DNA of 20,000 nt from NCBI GenBank assembly GCA_038087875.1, contig JAXLNO010000127.1, positions 60,074 to 80,073 on the forward strand. The letters are read 5' to 3'. Under the pieces are notes generated by a model. That model was not told where the DNA came from. It searched no databases and saw nothing but the letters and a program-made list of their open reading frames with translations. How positions within the stretch are numbered: the first letter of the stretch is position 1; every line of letters starts with the position of its first letter. The DNA comes from Malacoraja senta. Lineage: Eukaryota. The position numbers and the translations under genes are program-made. Shown piece by piece: positions 9,771 through 18,399 of the stretch.

Positions 9771-10695
9771 CCTGTCATTATCCAAAGAAGCCTCTCCTAA
9801 TCCTGTTCAGCTCACACAGCCACCCTGGTTTGGTTAGCAAACTTCTATACATTTTGATCCCTTCGTCCAAATTATTAATGGGACTTAGTTGGACACTTTC
9901 TGAAAGTACACACCATCTTACTCCTGCTAGTTAAACCTTAAAAAGAATCTTGAATTGATTTGTCAAACATTTGTCATTGACCCTACCCAGCCTGTTTATT
10001 TTAAGCATCATGTTACTACTCTGTATTAATAGATTGCATTATTTTCCATAAATCTAAAAGGCAGATTGATCTGTAACTTTCCTTTTTTTTTAATCTCCCT
10101 CCTTTCTGGAATTTGCTACCTTCTGTTTTGTGGGAAAAGCTCTACAATTTATGAAATTTTGAAAGATGACAACCACTGTTGCTATAGCCATCTTTCAAAA
10201 TATTAAGATGTAGTTTGTCCAGCCATGGGGATTTATCATCTTTAGTTACTTTATTTCCCCCAATGCTTTTTTGTTTTACTGATGCTAATTTCCCCAAGCT
10301 CCTTTATTCTGGATGTATTGTTCTCCACAATTTCTTTCTACCTTCACAATGCAACACTGGTTAGAACCTAAGGTAGGCTCTGTACTGGCTTCTTGATCCC
10401 CAAGATCTAACCCCAATCATTCTTGTTCCTGAGCCACTGAGCAGCTCAGACTTACAATGGAGGCCCTAATGTAGATTTTTGTCCAACCCCCTTCCCCCAA
10501 TCATGCTTGCAGCTGATCCCTTCTTAACTGGACAGATTTGCAGCCCCCTTCAGTAATGCTCATGGGTCTTGGCTGTGAGATCTGACCCAAGGGATCAGAT
10601 GGACTGTCAGTAAGTTCTCTCACATGTGTCTTTTCCTGAAGATTAAATATGTTTGGGAAGTATGTGAGGAGTTTGTGATTTGCAAATAGCGCATT

Positions 10696-11228
10696 GTGTA
10701 AGAAGGAAATGCTGATGCTGCAGATGCGTCACACCGAATATGAACACAAAATGCAGGAGTAACTCAGTGGGTCAGGCAGCATCTTTGGAGAGAAGGAATG
10801 GGAGGCGTATCGAGTCGAGACCCTTCTTTAGACTCGTATTTCACAAATATTGACTGGAACAAATGACGTTAAAAATAGAAAATTGCAAATCTGCAGGTGA
10901 TGGAGGACTGAAACACAATGCTAGAAATACTTGTGTCAGGCAGCAGGTGTGCAGAGATACTTTTTAAAATTGACCTTTCATGCAATCTGGTCAAGGATAA
11001 ACATGTTTTCAGATGCAGTGATAGGGATGCCGAGGAGAGCTGGATCAGTGGCTGATCTACTTGAAGCATCTACAAGTTTCAAACTTGCTGAACCAATCCA
11101 GATTACAGATTGTGGAATCAAGAACCAGCAGATGCTGGTTTACCAAGGAAATACGCAAAATGTTGGAGTAACTCAGCAGGGCAGGCAGGTCCAGGAATGC
11201 TGCCTGACCCATTGAGTTACTCCAGACA
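10696..11228. mobile_element. Cluster of old Penelope-like terminal-repeat fragments
   Basis: ggagtaactcag/ggcagcatct units at about 10696-10833, 10880-10950 and 11115-11228, with a degenerate minus-strand hammerhead motif at about 10805-10833. Confidence 0.55.
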
Positions 11229-11596
11229 TTTATCTTTGCAGAGTAGAAGTTTATTTTTCATGGCCACTTTATTCACAATTTGTCAGTTGCCACAAAGCAA
11301 GCCTGTGTAAATAAGCTTGTTCTCTCCCCATCCACGATGCTACATGGAGTAAATCTGTTGCTCCCAGTATTTCCTGCTGTAATTTGAGATCCATGTTCTT
11401 CTTATACCTCTGTAAAACATCTACCTTTTCCATGATAAAATGCTTGTATGTCATTGAATAGACTGTCCTGAAATCCATGATCAGCAGGATGTTTTAAGTC
11501 TGGTTTGTAGCTAATCCATCTTCTCTCCTGCCTACAGTACTTTCATACTGAAGCACAGGTTCCCTGATCTGTCGTCATGTTTTTTTTGCTTTGTAG

Positions 11597-11710
11597 AATA
11601 AAGATGCTGCAGCATTTAAACTAATTGAACTGAGGGTGAATAACAACTGGGGTCATCCAGAATACACCTGCCTCTACCGGTTCCGCGTCCACGGAGATCC
11701 AGTGATGTGA
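11597..11710 (+). CDS. SUN-domain protein (SUN1/SUN2-like), terminal coding exon
   Basis: A T-rich tract and TAG acceptor (11594-11596) precede it. It encodes NKDAAAFKLIELRVNNNWGHPEYTCLYRFRVHGDPVM and stops at TGA 11708-11710. NWGHPEYTCLYRFRVHG is the canonical SUN C-terminus. It is absent from the ORF track. Confidence 0.96.
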   Translation, partial: NKDAAAFKLIELRVNNNWGHPEYTCLYRFRVHGDPVM

Positions 11711-11847
11711 TGCTGGAAGTTGGCTACCCTACGCTCGACAACCCTACCAACCTCTACCCCGCCCGCACTCCACGTCGATTTCCCGCAACAATGTAAATTT
11801 CTGTCATAAATGTTAATGGTTTTTTAAATTATTTATAATTATTTTAT

Positions 11848-11853
11848 ATTAAA
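11848..11853 (+). promoter_or_regulatory. Candidate polyadenylation signal (ATTAAA) of the SUN gene
   Basis: ATTAAA lies in an AT-rich stretch ~140 nt after the stop, with T-rich sequence downstream (11878-11897). There is no transcript evidence. Confidence 0.45.
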
Positions 11854-11902
11854 TATAGTTAGAATGAAACATCCTTAATTTGAACGTTTTTTCATTTACG
11901 TC

Positions 11903-12275
11903 GGGGGGTTGTGGGGGGAGGGGGAAGTGTGTGGGTGGGGGAGGGGGGATGTGAGGGCAGGGGGTGGGGGGTGTGGGCGGTGGTAGGGGGTAGGTGGGCA
12001 AGGGTTGTGGGTAGAGGTGTATGACGGGGGGGGGGGGGGGTTGTGGGTGGGAGGATGTGGGCGGGGATTGTGTGGGGGGGCCGGGTGTGGTCAGCGGGTT
12101 GTGGGGGGAGGAGAGGGGTGGTGTGAGCAGGGGGAGAGGGTGTGGTGGGGGGAGTGGTTGTGTGGTGGAGTGGGTGTGGGCAGGGGTGTTTGGTCGGGGA
12201 GGGGGTGTGTGGGGGAAGGGGGTGTATGGGCGGGTGTGGGGGAGGGGGTGATTATGGAGGGAGGTGGGTTGGGGC
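11903..12275 (+). repeat. G/GT-rich low-complexity tract
   Basis: Dozens of G3+ runs, including a ~15-G run near 12026-12040, with strong strand asymmetry. Confidence 0.9.
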
Positions 12276-12674
12276 AGCGAGAGAGCTCGGAGAAAAGACA
12301 GGGTTGTGAGGGAGAGGGGTATCATGGGGGACAGGAGCCAACGAGGGCGACCAGAGCGGAAGGGGATGGCGCTGACAGTGCGATGGGAACTCACAGCGGG
12401 CGCTGGTTACTGGACGTTCTCCTCCGCGGGGATCAGATTCTCTGCTTTCCATTTGGTGCATGCGCCGGGCTGGGCTTCCGTTCCATCCGAAAATTGTGTC
12501 CGATTCGAAGCCTCCGCCGGCCATCCTCAGCTCCAGTAAAGATGCGATGGCGCAGGAAGGGGCCGACCATCCCGCTGAGTGACAGGAGAAAAGACTAATC
12601 CATGTGGCGCTGACTGGCAGGAGAGCAGATCGATTTGCGCATATGCAGTTTTTAAGATTTTTAAACCTCGTTGA

Positions 12675-12911
12675 AACATTGCGGCACTCCACTCGCCACT
12701 GTCTGCCATTCTGAAAAGGACCCGTTCACTCCTACTCTTTGCTTCCGGTCTGCCAACCAATTTTCTATCCATGTCAACACCCTACCCCCAATACCATGTG
12801 CTCTAAATTTAGTCACCAGTTTCCCATGCGGGACCTTATCAAAGGCTTTCTGAAAGTCTAGATACACTACATCCACTGGCACCCCTCAAGAAATTCCAGA
12901 AGATTAGTCAA
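12675..12911 (-). mobile_element. CR1-clade LINE reverse-transcriptase fragment
   Basis: The minus strand reads TNLLEFLE, then after an internal deletion PVDVVYLDFQKAFDKVPH...WIENWL..RKQRV..NGSFSEW..VASGVPQ, which are CR1 RT motifs. Confidence 0.9.
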
Positions 12912-12928
12912 TTGGGGGGAGACCAATT

Positions 12929-13509
12929 GCGGGGAGAGTTCCTTTCACAGCGTGTGGGGAGTCTAGCCAGGGGTAAAGTTGCGGGAAGGGTGGGAGCGTT
13001 TAGAAGGAGGGGGTCGGGTTCATGCCAGTAACCCACTGACTCACCGCTGCCGCGGCGCTCCGTGCGCGGAGCCACCGCATTGTGGCCGAGGAGGGAAGCA
13101 GCTCACGTGGCTATGAGCGGCCGCCATCACCGGACAGCGGAACCGACTGCCATCTCAGCGCCTTCTGCCGGCCCGCTCACCTCTGGCAGTGCTCTCCGTC
13201 TGAACAGTGAGGGGACCAGCTCAAGAGCAAAGGTCACAGAGCGGAGTGGGTCAGCGGGCGATGGATAACATCACTGCTGGCGGTGGAGCTTACTCCTGTG
13301 TCAGCGTGATAAAGGGATCAATTGAGGTTACTCGCACTGACATAAGGAGTAAGCTCCACCGCCCGCTGTCCTGTTATCCATCGGCCGCTGAACCGCTCTT
13401 GAGCTGGATGCTGGCATGATCCACGACCGCCTCCTTCTCAATGCTCCTGCCCTCCCCGCAACTTTACCCCTGGACAGACTACCAACACACTGTCAAAGGA
13501 ACTCCCCGC
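12929..13509. repeat. Long imperfect inverted repeat (foldback/MITE-like)
   Basis: ccaggggtaaagttgcggg pairs with cccgcaactttacccctgg, ccagctcaagagc with gctcttgagctgg, and ggcggtggagcttactcct with aggagtaagctccaccgcc. The centre is near 13320. Confidence 0.85.
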
Positions 13510-13559
13510 CCCCCAGCAGCGCTGTCCTTTTACAGCCCCTTCCCATCTAGCATGAGGGG

Positions 13560-13629
13560 TAGACTTGGCTATCCCTCAGTACAGCAACATCGTTGTTGAT
13601 GTTGCTGTACTGAGGGATAACGAAGTCTA
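13560..13629. repeat. Near-perfect 70-nt hairpin
   Basis: Perfect 22-bp arms at 13570-13591 and 13598-13619 with a 6-nt loop, extended by a further 8/10 bp. Confidence 0.9.
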
Positions 13630-14721
13630 TCTTTCTTGGCTAACAACCTAACCTTCGGCCTCCAAGATGCAGGTACATTTTCAATCAATGTTACAACATT
13701 TTGAGATTTTAAAAATCAAGTCTGCAAATTATCCCATCAGATAAAGCATAAAAAGAAGTTTAATTTGACACCTAATTCACTTTAATATCTTCAGTGTTAA
13801 ACAAATTATGGCCATTTTCATACTCGGAAATTAGCATCTTGTTCCCTATTGCTTTTCTATTGACTTAACACAGAAGCTGTGATCGAGGACAGTCAAAAGC
13901 CCATAACTTTCTTAAAAATTAAGAGAACTGAATGAAATTTACAGTTATTATAGAAGCATTCTGAAACATAAGAAAAATATAACATCTTACTTGGATGACC
14001 TGAAAGCATATAATTAGTTAATCACCTAATTGTAGCTAATTACAAAATTGACCGTTGTGACGGAAATAGTAATAAACACCCAGACTGCCTTGAAAATTCA
14101 AAAATGTGATATTCTCAAGATCTAGAACTTTAATATTATTGTATTATATGCTGTAAGTACGTAACAGATAGGTAAATAAATTACAATTTCTAGCAATAGA
14201 CCAGGTCTTTATGGAGATGATCAGTTGCGAGCTGGTACATGGACATACCATAATCAGTAGCATCATCATACTCCTCAGATTGTAACCAATAAACAACTCT
14301 GTACACCTTGTTTTTCCTCAACATCAATTTTGGCATTGTAAACTACAAGTTTTTGCTCTTCAAACCATGCATGACATGCCTTTCTGCCCACTGCTTTCCC
14401 ATTAAGAATGTCCTGTAGATTCAATTTCTTAAGAAAAGGATAATTTTTAAAAATAGCCTAAGTTTCCAAATAACAAACGAATCCCATTCACACAAGAATT
14501 CACAATATAACATGATTATTAAATCTCAATGTCATGAATTTTCTGCCAGATGGAACGAATTTAATGTTTAATTCCCAAAAATTAATCTAGAAACATCCAC
14601 TCAATATAATCAAAATCTCTGTAGAATACTGCAATGTGGTGTTACATATATATCGCAATCAGGAAGGGGGGGGGGGGGGTAGACGCTATAAGCCCCTCAT
14701 GAGAAATTTTATCTAAATCTG

Positions 14722-15012
14722 AAATTGAAGATCGACAAAAGCTGGAGTAGCTCAGCAGGACAGGCAGCGCAGCGAATCTGGAGAGAAGACCCTTCTTCAG
14801 ACTGAACTGAACTCTCGTCGGTGAGAGTACTTGTGATTGTCTGAAGAAGAGTCTCGACCAGAAACGCAACCCTCTCCCCAGAGCCCCTGCCCGTCCCGCT
14901 GAGCCACCACAGACAGGGAGTTGAAGGTAGACACGGGGGTCCACCTTCAACTTCAGAGCCAAACAAAAAACACTGCTGGAGGAACTCAGCGGGCAAGGCA
15001 GCACCCGCGGAG
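14722..15012. mobile_element. Penelope-like terminal-repeat fragments, inverted arrangement
   Basis: gctggagtagctcagc...agacccttcttcagac is followed by gtctgaagaagagtctcgaccagaaacg, with a further degenerate unit at about 14920-15012. Confidence 0.55.
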
Positions 15013-15115
15013 GGAACATATCACTTATCAGGAGCCACCACGGGTCAGGACTCCCCCCCCCCCCCCCTCCCCCAACAGAAAGGAACCGCAGATGCAGCCG
15101 TCACCGCAAAACGTC

Positions 15116-15319
15116 TAAGAAGGAACTGCAGATGCTGGAAAATCGAAGGAAGACAAAAATGCTGGAGAAACTCAGCGGGTGTGGCAGCATCTATGGAGCG
15201 AAGGAAATAGCCAACGTTTCGAGCCGGGTCTGAAGAAGGGTTTCAACCCGAAACGTTGCCTATTTCCTTCGCTCCATAGATGCTGCCTCACCCGCTGAGT
15301 TTCTCCAGCAGTTTTGTCT
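15116..15319. mobile_element. Palindromic mini Penelope-like element with target-site duplication
   Basis: Inverted arms at about 15152-15221 and 15249-15319, flanked by the direct repeat ACCGCAAAACGTC (15103-15115, 15320-15332). Confidence 0.8.
15226..15261 (+). ncRNA. Putative minimal type I hammerhead ribozyme
   Basis: GGGT-CTGAAGA-A-GGGT(TTCA)ACCC-GAAAC-GTT-GCCT shows the conserved core CUGANGA and GAAA, stem II, a loop-less palindromic stem III (ACGT) and a weak stem I. Activity is untested. Confidence 0.5.
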
Positions 15320-15350
15320 ACCGCAAAACGTCAATGATTCCGGGAATGCC

Positions 15351-15445
15351 GAGAGAGCTAGAGAGAGACGAGATGGGGAGCGGGAGAGAGAGAGAGCGAG
15401 AACGCCGCGCGAGAGAGAGGGAGGGAGAGAGCAAAAGACAGAGAC
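15351..15445 (+). repeat. Imperfect (GA)n microsatellite
   Basis: Interrupted GA dinucleotide runs. Confidence 0.8.
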
Positions 15446-15466
15446 ACAACGTGGGTCAGTAGGTAA

Positions 15467-16167
15467 GTTGAATGACTAACCTGCTGCACACCAAGAAGCT
15501 CACCAAGAAGAAGCCCTCAATCATCATGGTGAGTTTTAAGAAATTCTCAATGTGTCATCAATGCATCGATTTACATTCCTCAGTAAATGTAATTGTGTTT
15601 TGAACAAGTATTAATGATACTTGTATTAATAAAGTATTAATGAATTATTCTTAAAATAAAGGGGAGGTCATTTAAGACCGAGGTGAGAAAAAACGTTTTC
15701 ACCCAGAGAGTTGTGAATTTATGGGATTCCCTGCCACAGAGGGCAGTGGAGGCCAAGTCACTGGATGGATTTAAGAGAGAGTTAGATAGAGCTCTAGGGG
15801 CTAGTGGAGTCAAGGGATATGGGGAGAAGGCAGGCACGGGTTATTGATAGGGGACGATCAGCCATGATCACAATGAATGGCGGTGCAGGCTCGAAGGGCC
15901 GAATGGCCTCCCCTGCACCTATTTTCTATGTTTAATGACGCAGCGTGAATTGTATTCAAAGGAACTCTGGGAAACGTCACCTATCCATGTTCTCCACAGA
16001 TGCTGCCTGACCGGCTGAGTTACTCCAGCAATCTGTGTCTTCAGCACTGAAGATAGACACAAAATGCTGGAGTAACTCAGCGGGTCAGGCAGCATCTCTG
16101 GAGAACATGGATAGGTGACGTTTCGCAGAGTGATGGAGTAACTCAGCGGGTCAGGCAGCATCTCTGG
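15467..16167 (+). repeat. ~700-bp local duplication, copy 1
   Basis: Collinear with 18789-19489 at offset 3322, with roughly a dozen differences counted by eye. Confidence 0.95.
15650..15932 (+). mobile_element. CR1-clade LINE 3' end
   Basis: It reads IKGRSFKTEVRKNVFTQRVVNLW.SLP...FKRELDRAL, followed by a 3' stem and an ttttctatgttt tail. There is a possible TTAATGA target-site duplication. Confidence 0.85.
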
Positions 16168-16240
16168 GGAACATGGATAGGTGACGTTTCGGATCAAGTC
16201 CCTTCAGACGAGAAACCTCACCTATTCCTTTTCTCCAGAG
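15972..16240. mobile_element. Penelope-like terminal repeats, inverted plus tandem copies
   Basis: gaaacgtcacctatccatgttctcc...actccagca is mirrored by two tandem copies of ggagtaactcagcgggtcaggcagcatctctgg..aacatggataggtgacgtttc. Confidence 0.7.
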
Positions 16241-16291
16241 CTCACACATCTTTGAGATGTGGGAGGAAACTGGAGATTGTGCCAATCTCGT

Positions 16292-16438
16292 GATCATGAG
16301 ACACAGGAGCAGAATTAGGCTATTCGGCCCATCGAGTCTACTCCACAATTCAATCATGACTGCTCTGCTTTTTCCCTCTCAACCCCATTCTCCTGCCTTC
16401 TCCCCATAACCTTTGACGCCCGTACTAATCAAGAACCA
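16292..16438 (-). mobile_element. CR1-clade LINE 3' tail
   Basis: attcggcccatcgag...ctcctgccttctccccataacctttgac; the minus strand reads GVKGYGEKAGEWG*. Confidence 0.75.
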
Positions 16439-16627
16439 GTGTTCTTCAAGCATCAAGTAAGTTGCAAACGTGCAAGCTATCAGGAAATGTTTGCTGAGAC
16501 AAAGTGGGAGTGAGGTTTCACTTTCCAATACCAAGTCGTGTTGCCTTGGGTTTGGAAGCCACTTTGTCTCTGGGGAGAGCACCAGAGCTCTGCTGTCACC
16601 TCATTCTGCAGACGGGAATTACATACT

Positions 16628-16842
16628 GTATGATGAAAGAATGGGTCGACTGGGCTTGTATTCACTGGAATTTAGAAGGATGAGAGGATATCTTATAGAA
16701 ACATATAACATTCTTAAGGGATTGGACAGGCTAGATGCAGGAAAACATGTTCCAGATGTTGGGGGATTCCAGAACCAGGGGCCATAGTTTAAGAATAAGG
16801 GGTAGGCCATTGAGGAAAAACTTCTTCACCCAGAGAGTTGTG
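16628..16842 (+). mobile_element. CR1-clade LINE ORF2 C-terminal fragment (tail resumes at 17727-17810)
   Basis: It reads YDERMGRLGLYSLEFRRMRGYLIETYNILKGLDRLDAG and stops at cccagagagttgtg where the DIRS sequence begins. Confidence 0.85.
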
Positions 16843-17215
16843 GCTTACCCCTGAGACCAACGGTTGTGTGTGGTATCTCACATACTATAATACATTAAGG
16901 TCCCTAAGAGCCTCAGAGGCTCGGAATTATCCTTATTCATCAGCTACACCAAACCTCATAGAAAGGTTACAGTGCAGACCATTTCAAGATGGATAAAACA
17001 GGTGCTGGCATGTGCAGGAGTAGACACTTGACACTTTTAAACCTCATTCCACCAGGGCTGCATCTAGGTCAGCAGCGAGGGATATGGACGTCCCTCTCGA
17101 CCACATTCTAGCGGCTGCGGGATGGTCTAATGAACTGACGTACCAAAGGTTTTATAACAAATCTATTGCCAGACCGGGGACTTTTGCTAATTCTGTTTTA
17201 GGTTCTGTTTTATAG
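16843..17215 (+). pseudogene. Tyrosine recombinase C-terminal half (DIRS-type), disrupted
   Basis: Manual translation: AYP*DQRLCVVSHIL*YIK...LFISYTKPHRKVTVQTISRWIKQVLACAGVDT(fs ~17029)DTFKPHSTRAASRSAA..DVPLDHILAAAGWSNELTYQRFYNK. HxxR is at 17045-17056, W at 17123-17125 and the putative catalytic Y at 17153-17155. Confidence 0.85.
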
Positions 17216-17725
17216 TTTCCCCCTGGTGAGAGGGGTCACTATTATTTTCTTTGATTATTAAAGCATCAGCATTTTTATCTATGTCATGTTTGAATGCATT
17301 AATTATTTCTCACTCATCCTGGTCAACTGATGCAGTGTGTGACGCATGGACTCGTTTCCACGGCATGAAATCACAGAGCTTCAAAATCTTCACGTAGTCA
17401 CTCACGTGACTCCGAAGTAAAATAGTAAGATTAAACGAGAAGTTACCAGTTTGAAGTTTGATCTTTATTTTATGAGGAGTTACGATGAGCGATTACGTGC
17501 CATCTGCTCCCAACCCTCGTAACATAAAGATCTTCTCAAAGTTCTAGTCAGCTCTAATCTTACTATTTTAGTTCAACAACTGTTATCTGTGATTTCACAC
17601 CGCTGCTTTGAAGATTGACGCGCATGCGCCTTGACGGCCTTCTTCACGTAATCGCTCATCGTAACTCCTCATAAAATAAAGATCAAACTTCAAACTGGTA
17701 AGTTCTCGTTTAATCTTACTATTTT
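16843..17725 (+). mobile_element. 3' end of a DIRS1-like tyrosine-recombinase retrotransposon (YR remnant, ICR, right terminal repeat)
   Basis: A decayed YR at 16843-17215 is followed by an 82-bp inverted pair at 17418-17499 and 17645-17726 and a terminal TTT. Confidence 0.85.
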
Positions 17726-17726
17726 A

Positions 17727-17811
17727 GATGATCAGCCATGACCACATTGAATGGCGGTGCTGTCTCGAGGGGCCGAATGGTCTACTCCCGCACCTATTTT
17801 CTATGTTTCTA
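17727..17811 (+). mobile_element. CR1-clade LINE extreme 3' tail
   Basis: gatcagccatgaccacattgaatggcggtgc...acctattttctatgtttcta matches 15856-15932. Confidence 0.8.
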
Positions 17812-17848
17812 CGACCCGCTGAGTTACTCCATCACGTTGTGTCAGTCT

Positions 17849-18273
17849 AGAGTCATAGAGTGATACAGTGTGGAAACAGGCCCTTTGGCCCAACTTGCCA
17901 ACATGTCCCAGCTACCCCAGTCCCACCTGCCTGCGCTTGGTCCATATCCCCCCAAACCTGTCCTATCCACCTAACTGTTTTTTAAACGATGGGATAGTCC
18001 CAGCCTCAACTACCAGCTCTGGCGTCTATCTGAAGAAGGGTCTCGACTGCAAACGTCACCCTTTCCTTCTCTCCAGAGATGCAGGCTGTCCCGCTGAGTT
18101 AATCCAGATTGTTGTGCCTATCTTCGGTTTAAACCAGCATCTGCCGTTCCTTCTTTCACATACCTCCTCTGGCAGCCTGTTCCACACACCCATCACCCTT
18201 TGTGTGAAAAACTTACCCCCCGGATTCTTAGCAACCTTTTTCCCTTCACTTTGAACCTATGTCCTCTGGTCCT
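17849..18273 (-). mobile_element. CR1-clade LINE 3' fragment interrupted by a Penelope-like unit (~18027-18160, +)
   Basis: It is homologous to 19757-20000. The insert begins tctgaagaagggtctcgac and ends cagcatctgccgttccttctttcaca. Confidence 0.7.
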
Positions 18274-18399
18274 CAAATTGGTGTTGATGTCGTTCGGAAG
18301 AGGGCGGTAAAGGTCTGACTAGGGAGGTGTAAATAGGAGGGAGGATTGAAATCGGAAATTACTTGAAGGGAGAAGAATAAAGCTGAATGTTGGGAGTGG

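Noticed and set aside
11849..12598. Proline-rich and glycine-rich ORFs of 181-197 aa
   Set aside because: They are products of the G-rich low-complexity tract, which lacks stop codons by composition.
15972..16240. CRISPR-like repeated units (ggagtaactcagcgggtcaggcagcatctctgg)
   Set aside because: The units occur in both orientations, lack regular unique spacers, are dispersed through the window, and no cas genes are present.
16843..17215. Phage or bacterial integrase (horizontal transfer or contamination)
   Set aside because: The downstream ICR/terminal-repeat structure and TTT end fit a DIRS retrotransposon, and it is embedded in vertebrate CR1 sequence.
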